Assembly: GCA_045627325.1 (NCBI GenBank)
Contig: JAZQNK010000068.1
Location: forward strand, 5,562 to 69,561
Source of the DNA: Treponemataceae bacterium
Lineage (GTDB): Bacteria; Spirochaetota; Spirochaetia; Treponematales; Treponemataceae
Length of the DNA: 64,000 bases
Direction: 5' to 3'
Shown: positions 38,543-48,731 of the stretch, piece by piece
Layout: each line of letters begins with the position of its first letter
How positions within the stretch are numbered: the first letter of the stretch is position 1
The notes under the pieces: generated by a model
The model's database searches: none
Told to the model about the DNA's origin: nothing
What the model saw: the letters and a program-made list of their open reading frames with translations, nothing else
Position numbers and translations under genes: made by a program

Positions 38543-39667
38543 GTGCATATGAGCAACATGACAGACGTTTCAGCTGATTCTATAAATTGGTTTGGCCGTA
38601 CACTTGATTATAACGGCATACGCTATTTTGATTATTCTGCATCCGGGTTTGAATTTGTTTTTTATGGCAAAAAAGCAGTCTGTTCACTTGTTTCTGATGC
38701 AGACGCATGGCCGGACGTTGAAAAATGCTTTATTGGCGTTTATTGTTCTGCATTAAGCTCTAAAAAAGACGCAGAAAATCTTGATTTCTGGAAAAACCTT
38801 AAAAATGAACCTGACAGGCATTTTATGCTTGATAAAAAAAACGGTGAATATGTGCTTTTTGAAAGCGAAAAGCCCGAGCTTGTTCATATAAGGGTGCTTA
38901 AATTAAGCGAAGCAGCTTTTGGCTATGCAGGCTTTTCAAATCTAAAAATTGACGGCATCTTAGTACCTTGCACCATTAAAAAACAGACTTTAAATATTCA
39001 GTTTATAGGCGATTCTATAACATGCGGCTATGGAATTGACGGTGTCTGCAATAAAGATGAATTTAACACAGCACAGGAACGCGCAGACAAAGCTTATGCT
39101 TTTTTGACAGCCAAAAAACTAAATGCGGCTTTTCAGTCTGTATGCTGGAGCGGAATCGGCATTATTTCATGCTATGTTCCACCAGAAAATGACGAAGCTG
39201 ACACAAAAATTCTTATGCCACTGCTTCTGCCATATAAAGACAGGTCTTTATCGCTCCGCCAGAAAATTGAACCAGAAGTTTTTCAGGCAGACAGTTTTAA
39301 ACCAGATGTAGTTGTAATAAATCTTGGAACAAATGATGCAAGCTACACAAGAAATAAAACGGAACGCATAAATGCTTTTATCAACGGTTATCTTCAGCTT
39401 CTTGAAACAGTACACAGAAGCAGTCCAAAAGCAGCAATTGCAGCAACGCTTGGTGTTATGGGGCAAGACTTGTGCCCGGCTGTAGAAGATGCAGTAAAAC
39501 TTTTTAAAAAAGATTTTCCACAAGTTGACGTTTCAGTTCTAACACTTGAAGAACAAGATGAAAAAGACGGAATTGCCACAGATTTTCATCCAAGCGCCAC
39601 AACACATGCAAAAGTTGCAGAAAAACTTGCAGAACACATAAAAATGCTGAATCTTAGCAAATCTTAA
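38543..39667 (+). CDS. SGNH/GDSL hydrolase, carbohydrate esterase family 2-like acetylesterase
   Basis: N-terminal beta-sandwich-like region, then IQFIGDSITCGYG (block I), NLGTNDAS (block III) and DFHPSATTH (block V, DxxH). Start uncertain: GTG at 38543 or ATG at 38549. Confidence 0.75.
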   Translation: MHMSNMTDVSADSINWFGRTLDYNGIRYFDYSASGFEFVFYGKKAVCSLVSDADAWPDVEKCFIGVYCSALSSKKDAENLDFWKNLKNEPDRHFMLDKKNGEYVLFESEKPELVHIRVLKLSEAAFGYAGFSNLKIDGILVPCTIKKQTLNIQFIGDSITCGYGIDGVCNKDEFNTAQERADKAYAFLTAKKLNAAFQSVCWSGIGIISCYVPPENDEADTKILMPLLLPYKDRSLSLRQKIEPEVFQADSFKPDVVVINLGTNDASYTRNKTERINAFINGYLQLLETVHRSSPKAAIAATLGVMGQDLCPAVEDAVKLFKKDFPQVDVSVLTLEEQDEKDGIATDFHPSATTHAKVAEKLAEHIKMLNLSKS

Positions 39668-39689
39668 AGCATTTGCGGCGCAAGCTTGT

Positions 39690-40481
39690 TTAATCCCAGG
39701 ATTTTGTGCCGTCGCCAGTAATTGGAATTTCTTCGCCAAGATAAATCGGCTTTATATGAAAAGCAACTGCAAAAAAAGCTTTTACACGTGCAAGATATTC
39801 TCTGCAAGCCCATATCATGCGTGTCTTTTTTCTAAAGCCGACAGTTTCTTCGGCTGCATAACCGACCGCATCAATTCCAAGTTTTCGGGCAATATAAACC
39901 GAACGTGCAAGATGAAAAGACTGCGTAGAAATGACGGCATCTTTTACACAAAAAACAGCCGAAGCCCTGTACATCGTTTCGTATGTACTAAAACCTGCAT
40001 GATCCATAAAAATGTCTTCATGCTTTATTTCAGGATAATTCTTCAGAATGAATTCGCGGCTTGTATTTACTTCATCATACGTTTTGCGTCCGTGGTCGCC
40101 AGAAATCAACAATTTTTGAGCTTTCTCTGCTTCAAACAGTTTTACGCCGCTCAAAATGCGGTCTTTAAAAGCTGTTGAAATATAACCGCCTTGATAAACT
40201 TTTGCACCTGGAATTATTACCGCAGTTTTTAGCGGAACTTCTTCAAAGTTTTTATAAATATAAGGTTTTGCAAAACAGACCATGTAAATGTTTATTAAAA
40301 GCGAAGCTAAAAAAACAAAACAGCAGACAAGAAAACAAGCATAAACAGCCCGAAGCGGTCTGCTCTTTATTCTGCACATTAAGCTGTGCTTTTTGAAAAC
40401 TTTCATAAAAGCTTCAGCTGCATCTTTTATCTTGTCTTTTAAAATACTGAAAATCGCACAAATTTTTGATTTTTTTTTCAT
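39690..40481 (-). CDS. SanA/YdcF (DUF218) family membrane-anchored protein
   Basis: N-terminal TM. LLISGDHGRKTYDEVNTSREF..., MDHAGFSTYETMYRA, QSFHLARSVYIARKLGIDAVG. Confidence 0.75.
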   Translation of the reverse strand: MKKKSKICAIFSILKDKIKDAAEAFMKVFKKHSLMCRIKSRPLRAVYACFLVCCFVFLASLLINIYMVCFAKPYIYKNFEEVPLKTAVIIPGAKVYQGGYISTAFKDRILSGVKLFEAEKAQKLLISGDHGRKTYDEVNTSREFILKNYPEIKHEDIFMDHAGFSTYETMYRASAVFCVKDAVISTQSFHLARSVYIARKLGIDAVGYAAEETVGFRKKTRMIWACREYLARVKAFFAVAFHIKPIYLGEEIPITGDGTKSWD

Positions 40482-40542
40482 AACACAGTTTCATTCAGCA
40501 GACTTAATGCTGCGCGGTTTTACGCAAAACCTCCGGCACAAA

Positions 40543-41949
40543 TTAACAGTCCAGTTCTTTCTGCAGATTTGGATAGCGCACGGTTGAAGCCGGTTCTGTA
40601 GATTTTGCACGGACAATAAAATTTGGTTTTATGTCTTTTGATGTATAAATCAAGCATTCATGGCCATGGCTTATCCAGTTGCGTATCATTCCGGTTTTTG
40701 GATCAACAAACTGATAGTTTTCATCTTTCAAAACTGTAACATCAGGTCCGACAAACTCAAGCAGAGTGCCTGAATCAAGCTTGTTCATCGAATTATATTC
40801 AAAAAACTGCCAGCCGTCTTTTGGCTCTGCAAAAACATGTTCTTCGTTATGAGCCTGTCTTGCTTCCAGTACAGCAGCTTTTTTCTGCGGATGCATTTCG
40901 TCAAATGCTTTTTGGTCTGCCTCTTTGTTTTTTGCAGCAAGAGCAAGCACTTCGTTTTTATCAACACATCTGCCGATTGTGCCCATAAGTTCATATTCGC
41001 TGTCAGAAGCGCCAGTTGTCGTTTTGTCTGCATCTTCCCGTCTGTAATAAAAACCGGTTGCAAACTCACGGTGCGCTGCTTTATAAAGTTCTGCAACATA
41101 AGGGGCAGCTTCTTCTTTTGAAATTTTTCCTTCAAGGGCGTCAATCTGCTTACGATAAGCACGTGTTACCATTGCAACATAATAAAGGCTTTTCATGCGG
41201 CCTTCAATTTTCAGCGCATCAACACCGGCAGCCTTCATGTCATCAAGATGATCAATCATGCACAAATCTTTTGAAGAAAGAACAGCCGTATAATCTTCAC
41301 CTTCAAAAATCGGAAAATATTCGCCCGGTCGCTCGCGCTCTTCAAGCACTTTATAGTCCCAGCGGCATGCATGCGAACAAAACCCAGAATTTGCACTGCG
41401 CGCCGTTGTATATGCGCTCAAAAGACAGCGGCCTGAATAAGCCACACACATTGCACCGTGCGCAAAAACTTCAAGTTCCATTTCTGGTACTGCATCTTTA
41501 ATTTCGCGGATTTCTTTCAGTGAAGCTTCGCGTCCAAGAACAATACGGTTAAAACCTAAATCATGGTACATTTTTACTGCTTCTCTGTTAATGCAATTTG
41601 CCTGTGTACTCAAATGAAGGTGTGTATCTGGAAAATGTTTTTTCAAAATGTTTATCATGCCAATATCCTGAATGATAAAAGCATCAATAGGATATTGCCT
41701 GAAAAAATCTAAATCGGCTAAAAAATTGTCTATGTCCTTATTATGAAAAGCAATATTTAATGCACAAAAAAGTCTTTTATCCGGATATTGTGCCTTAAGC
41801 TGCTTGATTTCATTGTATTCTTCGCCATAAAAATTGTCTGCTTTTACTCTGAGCGAAAATTTCTTTAAACCGATGTATGCAGTGTCTGCGCCATATGCAT
41901 ATGCATAGCGCAATTTTTCAATATTTCCAGCTGGTGCAACTAGCTCCAT
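40543..41949 (-). CDS. Peptidase U32 family protein (Fe-S-type U32, possible O2-independent hydroxylase-like)
   Basis: MELVAPAGNIEKLRYAYAYGADTAYIG N-terminus. Conserved Cys cluster HGAMCVAYSGRCLLS...SGFCSHACRW. Confidence 0.85.
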   Translation of the reverse strand: MELVAPAGNIEKLRYAYAYGADTAYIGLKKFSLRVKADNFYGEEYNEIKQLKAQYPDKRLFCALNIAFHNKDIDNFLADLDFFRQYPIDAFIIQDIGMINILKKHFPDTHLHLSTQANCINREAVKMYHDLGFNRIVLGREASLKEIREIKDAVPEMELEVFAHGAMCVAYSGRCLLSAYTTARSANSGFCSHACRWDYKVLEERERPGEYFPIFEGEDYTAVLSSKDLCMIDHLDDMKAAGVDALKIEGRMKSLYYVAMVTRAYRKQIDALEGKISKEEAAPYVAELYKAAHREFATGFYYRREDADKTTTGASDSEYELMGTIGRCVDKNEVLALAAKNKEADQKAFDEMHPQKKAAVLEARQAHNEEHVFAEPKDGWQFFEYNSMNKLDSGTLLEFVGPDVTVLKDENYQFVDPKTGMIRNWISHGHECLIYTSKDIKPNFIVRAKSTEPASTVRYPNLQKELDC

Positions 41950-42866
41950 AAATCATCCTCTTCTAAACCACGGTTTTCAGAATTTTCAAGGTTTGCAATA
42001 AAATTGCCGGCATCTTCAACAGCAAGATGTGTTTCTGGAACATCTTCATGATCAAATTGAAAAAAGTGAAACAAATCGTCAAATATTTCAAGCCGGCAAT
42101 CAACACCAACTCCATTTAACTTTTCTTTAAACTGTTTCATGCATGGAACCATAATTTCATTAGCCCCTGCCTGAATATAAACCGGTGGAAAATTTTCAAA
42201 ATGCGAATCATCCGCTTTTAATGGCGAAACAAGCGGATTCTTAAGATTTGCTTCGTATGTATAATATGTGCCGCAGAAACGCAGTATATCTGGAGAAAAA
42301 AGCGGATCTTTTGTTTTGACAGAATAAGCCAGAGAACCAGCTGAAAGATCCAGCCACGGCGAAAAAAGCATCATTCCTTTAAAATAGCGGCGCAAATCTT
42401 TCGGCAGGCTTAATGCAGCAGCAAGTGCTATTGTTGCACCAGAACCATCTGCAGCAAAAATAATATCAACATGATGATCGCACATTCTTTTGTATACAGC
42501 CAGAATGTCTTCGATTGCTGCCGGGAAAGCATATTCTGGGGCAAGGCGAAAATCTGGAATAAGCACACGCGAAGAAGATTCATTTGCCAAAGATGCACAG
42601 AAATTGCGCCACGAAGCTTTTGAACCGCCCATAAAAGAACCGCCATGAACATAAAGAACCATCCTGCGGTTTGAAGAAATCTGTGGAATAAGCATGTCGC
42701 TTGCAATTCCATGCACCGTCACAGAATGGCAGTCTACATAATTAGGCAGCACGCCACGTGCGAATTTTTCTTCAATGCGCTTTCTGAACTTTGTCAAATC
42801 TGTTCTTGAGGTAAATACTAAATACTTTAATTTTTTTATTGCAGCTCGCCTGCCCTTAGCCGACAT
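41940..42866 (-). CDS. Alpha/beta hydrolase (hormone-sensitive-lipase-like esterase family)
   Basis: Oxyanion motif VHGGSFMGGS. Nucleophile region FAADGSGATIA (non-canonical versus GDSAG). C-terminal DDLFHFF. Overlaps the U32 gene start by 10 nt. Confidence 0.7.
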   Translation of the reverse strand: MSAKGRRAAIKKLKYLVFTSRTDLTKFRKRIEEKFARGVLPNYVDCHSVTVHGIASDMLIPQISSNRRMVLYVHGGSFMGGSKASWRNFCASLANESSSRVLIPDFRLAPEYAFPAAIEDILAVYKRMCDHHVDIIFAADGSGATIALAAALSLPKDLRRYFKGMMLFSPWLDLSAGSLAYSVKTKDPLFSPDILRFCGTYYTYEANLKNPLVSPLKADDSHFENFPPVYIQAGANEIMVPCMKQFKEKLNGVGVDCRLEIFDDLFHFFQFDHEDVPETHLAVEDAGNFIANLENSENRGLEEDDLWS

Positions 42867-43005
42867 AATCGTTTTAGTATATCAAACTGAACGATAAAAG
42901 TCAAAAATCTAAAGTCTACAGAAGCCTAGTATAAGTAATATTCCTTATACTAGAACTAAATGCAATTCAATTGCACATAATTCAAAAAAATGTTATTCTA
43001 TTTTT

Positions 43006-44163
43006 ATGTTGACATTGGTAGCTTTATGCGCAGTCGGTGCCGAAAAAACCTTAGCACAAGAATTAAAACAGCTTGGTTATTCCCCTATCTCAAATGCACC
43101 AGGTCGTGTAGTTTTTACAGCACCAAATCAAGATGCACTATATCGTGCAAATTTATGCCTACGCACGGCAGACAGAGTTTATCTGCAGCTTGCTTCGTTT
43201 CATACAGAAGATTTTGATTCCCTTTTTGATGCAGTAAAAGCAATTGACTGGCAGGATTATTTCAAAAAAGATGTACATCTGACAGTAGATAAGGTCCGTA
43301 CACATAAAAGCGTGCTTTCGTCTGAACATACAATTCAGTCTATGGTTCACAAGGCTGTCTATACAAAGCTTGGCGAAATCTGGCACATGTCTGTTCTGCC
43401 CGAAAGCGGAGAAGAAGCAACAGTACGAATTTATCTTGAAAAAGACACGGCAATTGTCCTGCTTGATTTGAGCGGCGAACCGTTAAACAAACGCGGTTAC
43501 CGCACTCATGGTGGCGATGCACCGCTAAGAGAAACTTTTGCAGCAACACTGCTTCAGCAGATGTGCTGGAGACGCAAAACACCGCTGCACGACCCTTTCT
43601 GCGGTTCGGGCACGTTGCCGATTGAAGCTGCGCTTTATGCATATAATGTTGCACCTGGTTTCGGGCGTCATTTCGCACTTGAAAACCTTGCAATTTATGA
43701 CAAAAAGACTGAAACACGCATAAAACAGAGTGAAGCCGAAAAAATCCGCCCGGAATGCACGGCACGCATAACCGGCAGCGACATAGACCCAAAAGCAGTT
43801 GAAAGAGCGCGCATAAATGCAGAACATGCATGCGTTACTGCCGGCAGGGCTTTGCAGCTTATTGGAAGCGACCAGCGCATACAGCGGCCAGATTTTATAG
43901 AAGCAGATTTTGAATCAATTGCGGCGCCTTATGATGAAGGTCTTTTAATTACAAATCCGCCTTACGGCGAACGCCTTGGTTCACCTGAAGAAGCTGAAAA
44001 CTTATACAAAAACATGATTTCACTTTTTCATTCTTTTCCAGGCTGGCAGCTTGGCGTAATTACTTCGCACCCAAACTTCGAAAAAGCACTTGGGCGCAAA
44101 GCCACAAAAACAAAAAGTTTTAAATGTGGCAATCTTGATACTGTTTTTTATTCATATTTGTAA
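43006..44163 (+). CDS. THUMP domain-containing class I SAM-dependent RNA methyltransferase (RlmL/YpsC-like)
   Basis: N-terminus MLTLVALCAVGAEKTLAQELKQLGY. PFCGSGTLPIEAAL. ITNPPYGERLG. Confidence 0.85.
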   Translation: MLTLVALCAVGAEKTLAQELKQLGYSPISNAPGRVVFTAPNQDALYRANLCLRTADRVYLQLASFHTEDFDSLFDAVKAIDWQDYFKKDVHLTVDKVRTHKSVLSSEHTIQSMVHKAVYTKLGEIWHMSVLPESGEEATVRIYLEKDTAIVLLDLSGEPLNKRGYRTHGGDAPLRETFAATLLQQMCWRRKTPLHDPFCGSGTLPIEAALYAYNVAPGFGRHFALENLAIYDKKTETRIKQSEAEKIRPECTARITGSDIDPKAVERARINAEHACVTAGRALQLIGSDQRIQRPDFIEADFESIAAPYDEGLLITNPPYGERLGSPEEAENLYKNMISLFHSFPGWQLGVITSHPNFEKALGRKATKTKSFKCGNLDTVFYSYL

Positions 44164-44209
44164 ACATGCAGCACTTCAAGACAGGTGCACTGCATAAAAA
44201 GGTAAGTTT

Positions 44210-44812
44210 ATGGCAATTATTGTTGAACATGACAAACGGAAACACACAATTCTGGACAAAGCCCTTGATGTGTTTGTTGACGAAGGTTACGAAGACGCAA
44301 CTTTTCAAAAAATTGCAGACAGATGCGGAATTACACGAACAACACTTTACTTATATTTTAAAAATAAGCGTGAAATATTCATAAGCAGCATAAAGCAGCT
44401 GACAAACAGCATTGAATTAAACCTGCTCGAAGTAATGCATAATGAATCACTTTCGTCGCATGAAAAATTAAGCCAGGTTCTGCACCAGATTCTTGACGCA
44501 TGCCGCGACAATGCACGTCTTTTTACTGTTGTCCTTAATTATCTTCTGCAAATTCAAAAAACCGGCAAAAATCCAGAAACACTTGTCCGCCGCAGAACAG
44601 TAAGACTCCGCCACCTTTTGTGCAACATTCTTATTGAAGGCATTGACAAAAATGAACTTTCAATCACTGTAAGTGACATTTCTACAACAGACGAAATGCT
44701 TTATGGAATGATTGAATCTTCAATTTTTAGACTTGCAATTTTAGGACAGAAAGACATCAAAGAAATGCACACGGCAATAGACCTTGCAATTTCAGGCATC
44801 ATAAAAAAATAG
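44210..44812 (+). CDS. TetR/AcrR family transcriptional regulator
   Basis: HTH region ILDKALDVFVDEGYEDATFQKIADRCGITRTTLYLYFKNKREIF. Confidence 0.85.
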   Translation: MAIIVEHDKRKHTILDKALDVFVDEGYEDATFQKIADRCGITRTTLYLYFKNKREIFISSIKQLTNSIELNLLEVMHNESLSSHEKLSQVLHQILDACRDNARLFTVVLNYLLQIQKTGKNPETLVRRRTVRLRHLLCNILIEGIDKNELSITVSDISTTDEMLYGMIESSIFRLAILGQKDIKEMHTAIDLAISGIIKK

Positions 44813-44826
44813 CTTAAACTTCAAGC

Positions 44827-44880
44827 AAAAAAAGGGGCTGGTCTGAAAGATTTCAAAACTTTCAGACCAGCCCCTTTTTA
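44827..44880. terminator. Bidirectional intrinsic terminator (tetR + / reductase -)
   Basis: A 16-bp perfect stem, GGGGCTGGTCTGAAAG (44834-44849) / CTTTCAGACCAGCCCC (44859-44874), flanked by an A-run and a T-run. Confidence 0.85.
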
Positions 44881-44988
44881 TTTATCAAAGATTAATCAGC
44901 ATGACTCAATGCAGGCACTGGTCATGTTGATTAAACGGCTGCGTCAGGTTTCATCCTTTTTATTGCAGAATGAAACCTTCGGCATAAA

Positions 44989-47520
44989 TTAGTTATCTTT
45001 CTCGATTGAGTTAGCAGCTGTACGTCCAGATACAAAGATTTCAACGATAGCGTTACCACCAAGGCGGTTACCACCGTGAATACCACCAGTAACTTCACCA
45101 GCAGCATAAAGACCTTTGATTATGTTACCGTTTTTGTCAAGAACGTGGCGGCTTGTGTCAACTTTAAGACCACCCATTGTGTGGTGTGTTGACGGAGCCA
45201 TAATTCTAATCTTAAGAGGTACACCTTCAAGCTTGTAAGTAGAAAGATCATAAGAACCGTCTGCTTTCTTCTCTGCATTACCGATAAGAGCTGTCCAACC
45301 TGTCTTATTGATTGGCAGGCTGCTTTCCTTACCTGTGATAAGAGCCTTATCGTAATCGATAATTTCCTGTTTTACTACAGCAGCATCAGCTTTGATTCCA
45401 AGCTCTTTGAACAAATCGCCAAACTGGTCAATTGTGCGCTCATACTGTCTCCATTCAACATCGCTCTTCCATGCATCTGTTCCCGGTGTTCCATAAGGAT
45501 ATGGACCCTGAATAGGCTGTGTACTGTTAGCTATTTCGATGAAAACACCCTGAACTTTGTTGCGCTCAATACCGTTTTCAAACTCTTTAAGAGAAAGAAC
45601 GTCACGTTCGCTTGTTTCGTTTACGAAGCGTTTACCTGTTGTAGGATTGATGTAAACTGTGTAGTTACCGCCACCGAATGCAAGCTGTCCGTTGTCAATC
45701 CAAGAAATAGGCATAAGCTGTGTATATTCAAGTCCTGTTACATCTGCACCTGCAGCCTGTCCCATCTTGATACCATCACCCTGCATTGAAGAACGGTTTG
45801 TTGTCTGAGTGCGGCTTGTAATCTTGTCTTTCTTCCAGTATTCGTTTGTTTCGATAACCTTAGCTACGTTAGCTGCGTAACCACCTGTAGAAAGAACGAC
45901 ACCTTTTGTTGCATGTGCTGTAACCTGAGTACCATCGTACATAACAGCCTTAACACCTGTAACTTTGCCATTCTCTACGATAAGATCTTTAGCTTCTGTA
46001 CGGCGGAGAATCTTGTTCTTGCCAGCAGCTTCATTGATTGTATTGAGTGGCGGCTGGAAGTATGTTCCCCACTGGAAAGCTGTAGGACCGCTCTTGAGGT
46101 AGTCGTTTTCGCGCTGCCACAAAGCACCAACGATTGTCGGCTGTGTAGCGTTGTCAAAAGCTGAACCCTGGTCAACGAGCCAGTCTTTAAGTTCCTGACC
46201 GTCTTTAATGAACTGGCATACGAGGTCGTAGTCACCATAAATCCATGATGAGAAATCTGCGTTTGGACGAAGTCCGCCGTAGTATGTCTGGAAAATATGG
46301 AGATTAACTGTTGAGAACAATGTAAGAGCACCTTCGTTAAGGCCTTTGTTAAGTTTTGGTTCTGCCCAAGCGAGGTAATCTTTGATTTCCTGTTTAAGTT
46401 CTTTCAGAACTGGCAGATATTCCTGATGAACACCATGTGTTGAAAGTCTTTCGATATCGCCGGCTTCGAACCATTCAGAAGCACCTGCCGGGTCAAACGG
46501 CTTCTCGCTCCAGTTAAGGATTGTCTTAAGAACAGCGATGTTACCGTTAGCCATCTTAACTTTCTTGTATGATTTTCCATCCTGAGGACAAACACCTTCT
46601 TCTGCATTTGGATTAGCTTTTTCCCAAACGAGGTAAGGCATTACAGACTGGAACTGACCGCCAGAAACTACAGTGTTACCACCGACTTCGGCATTTTTCT
46701 CAATAATAAGAACAGAGTAGCCGTTCTGAACTGACTGAGCAGCAGCAGCGATACCGGCACCACCAGCACCAACGATTACAACATCATATGTTTCTTCGAT
46801 TGGTTTCTGAGCTGAATGAACAACCTTGTTTTTCTTGAATTCTTCAATCTTAGAAGCGTTTGCTTTTTTAGCAGCGTCTGTCAAAGCATTCTTTACAGCC
46901 AAAGAAGTGAATGTAGCACCAGAAACAGCATCGATTCCAGAACCGTTAGCTTCAATAGCATCTTTGAACATGATTGGGAAAGCAGGATCACCAACATGTG
47001 CTGTTTCTTTAGATGATTTTACTTTAATGTCAGTAATTGCATCATTAGAAAATGTTACTTCCAAAGTAACAGGACCATTCATACCCATTGCTGTACCTTC
47101 GTATGTACCAGCTGTGTATGAAATAGCAACGTTCTTGCGTGCTTTTTCAGCTTTTGCAGAACCAGATTTTCCACCAGCATTAGCAAGGGCAGCATCTGCA
47201 GCAGCCATAATAGCCTTAGATGTAACAGTAGCACCAGAAACAGCATCTACTTTTGTAGAGTTTTTCTTTACGATTGAAGCAGGTACTTCTGTAATTGCAG
47301 CATCGCTAAGACCAGCTGTTTCTTCATGCTGAATTACTTCAACAGAAGCTATTTTACCATTAGCAACTGTAACAGAAACAACAACGTCTCCATTACGACC
47401 AGCAGCAGTTCCTGTGTATGTGCCGTCGTTATATTTAGCACCACCACAAGAAACCATTACCCAAAGCATTGCAGTAACAGAAATGCCTGCAATAACCTTA
47501 AATAACTTTGATTTTACCAT
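44989..47520 (-). CDS. Extracytoplasmic lipoprotein flavoprotein reductase: two FMN-binding (flavinylation) domains plus a fumarate/urocanate-reductase-like FAD domain
   Basis: Signal/lipobox ...AMLWVMVSCGG. Two FMN_bind motifs, VDAVSGATVTSKA and IDAVSGATFTSLA. FAD motif YDVVIVGAGGAGIAAAAQ. VVLSTGGYAAN, RFVNETSERD, HHTMGGL, GGNRLGGNA. Start at 47520 (AAGGA SD). The ORF track extends to 47535. Confidence 0.85.
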   Translation of the reverse strand: MVKSKLFKVIAGISVTAMLWVMVSCGGAKYNDGTYTGTAAGRNGDVVVSVTVANGKIASVEVIQHEETAGLSDAAITEVPASIVKKNSTKVDAVSGATVTSKAIMAAADAALANAGGKSGSAKAEKARKNVAISYTAGTYEGTAMGMNGPVTLEVTFSNDAITDIKVKSSKETAHVGDPAFPIMFKDAIEANGSGIDAVSGATFTSLAVKNALTDAAKKANASKIEEFKKNKVVHSAQKPIEETYDVVIVGAGGAGIAAAAQSVQNGYSVLIIEKNAEVGGNTVVSGGQFQSVMPYLVWEKANPNAEEGVCPQDGKSYKKVKMANGNIAVLKTILNWSEKPFDPAGASEWFEAGDIERLSTHGVHQEYLPVLKELKQEIKDYLAWAEPKLNKGLNEGALTLFSTVNLHIFQTYYGGLRPNADFSSWIYGDYDLVCQFIKDGQELKDWLVDQGSAFDNATQPTIVGALWQRENDYLKSGPTAFQWGTYFQPPLNTINEAAGKNKILRRTEAKDLIVENGKVTGVKAVMYDGTQVTAHATKGVVLSTGGYAANVAKVIETNEYWKKDKITSRTQTTNRSSMQGDGIKMGQAAGADVTGLEYTQLMPISWIDNGQLAFGGGNYTVYINPTTGKRFVNETSERDVLSLKEFENGIERNKVQGVFIEIANSTQPIQGPYPYGTPGTDAWKSDVEWRQYERTIDQFGDLFKELGIKADAAVVKQEIIDYDKALITGKESSLPINKTGWTALIGNAEKKADGSYDLSTYKLEGVPLKIRIMAPSTHHTMGGLKVDTSRHVLDKNGNIIKGLYAAGEVTGGIHGGNRLGGNAIVEIFVSGRTAANSIEKDN

Positions 47521-47726
47521 AAGTAAATCCTTCATTTAATAAAAAATTCATGAGAAGTATATCATTTTATGATAAAAATAGTTAGTACAAAATCTTTAAT
47601 ATTCAACAGAAAACGTGCATTTTTTATGAATTTATTCATTTTTCTTTCATAAAATGGTTTGATAACTAACAATACATCCCTTTTCTCTATGGAGATTTTT
47701 TTAATTTTTTATGATATGCTCACATC

Positions 47727-48731
47727 ATGAAAAAATCCTTATTACTTTCTGCAGTTGTTTTCATTACGCTTTTATTTGCTTCATGCAACGAAAAAAAATC
47801 TTCAGCTTCCTTAAATGCCATGGATACTTTTATGACAATTCAGGCATACGGAAAAAAATCAGATATGGCACTTGAAAAAACAAAAGAGCTTATCCTGCAA
47901 ATTGAACAGAACATATCAACAACAAATGCAGCTTCTGATGTTTACAGGTTAAACCACGGTGAAAATATTTCTGTAAGCAATGATACTTTGACATTGACAA
48001 AATACAGCCTGAATTTTGCAAAACAGACAGACGGCGTTTTTAATCCTGCACTGTACCCTGTTACATCTGCATGGGGCTTTACGACAGGAGATTACAAAGT
48101 TCCTTCTAAAGACCAGATAAAAGAACTGCTTGCACTGACAGACTATTCAAAAATTCAAATCAATGGCAGTTTAATAAACTTAGAACCGGGAATGGCATTA
48201 GATTTTGGAGCCGTAGGAAAAGGCTACACAGGAGATGAAGCCATTAAACTTCTGCGGAACAATGGAATTAATTCAGCTCTTTTAGATTTAGGCGGAAACA
48301 TTCAGGCTCTTGGCAAAAAACCCGACGGAACAGAATGGAATATCGGCATAAAAAGTCCATGGACAGGCAAAGCAGCAGCAGTAATCAAAATTGCTGACAA
48401 AGCTGTTATTACAAGCGGCGGTTACGAACGTTTTTTTACGGCAGACGACGGCAATAACTACATTCACATTTTTGACGGAAAAACAGGAATGCCGGTTAAC
48501 AACGGAATTGCAGGAGTAACAATAATAACAGAATCCGGCTTATACGCAGATGCACTCAGCACAACAATGTTTGTAATGGGGCTTGAAAATGCCGCTTCTT
48601 ACTGGAAGCAGCACCCGGATTTTGAGATGATTATCTTTACAGAAAATCAGGATTTATATTACACAGAAGGACTTCAGGGAGAATTAAATCTTCTTGCAGA
48701 TTTTAATTCTGTAAATATCATTCATAAATAG
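47727..48731 (+). CDS. apbE: FAD:protein FMN transferase (ApbE/Ftp family) lipoprotein
   Basis: Lipobox LLFASC. MDTFMTIQAYG, DFGAVGKGYTGDEA, ITSGGYERFF. Confidence 0.85.
   Translation: MKKSLLLSAVVFITLLFASCNEKKSSASLNAMDTFMTIQAYGKKSDMALEKTKELILQIEQNISTTNAASDVYRLNHGENISVSNDTLTLTKYSLNFAKQTDGVFNPALYPVTSAWGFTTGDYKVPSKDQIKELLALTDYSKIQINGSLINLEPGMALDFGAVGKGYTGDEAIKLLRNNGINSALLDLGGNIQALGKKPDGTEWNIGIKSPWTGKAAAVIKIADKAVITSGGYERFFTADDGNNYIHIFDGKTGMPVNNGIAGVTIITESGLYADALSTTMFVMGLENAASYWKQHPDFEMIIFTENQDLYYTEGLQGELNLLADFNSVNIIHK

Noticed and set aside
42926-42975. A 10-bp inverted repeat CTAGTATAAG/CTTATACTAG and the palindrome TGCAATTCAATTGCA in the esterase/THUMP-methyltransferase divergent region.
   Set aside because: Short AT-rich dyads are expected by chance in AT-rich promoter DNA. 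There is no second copy or associated regulator in the window, so they are noted but not promoted to a finding.
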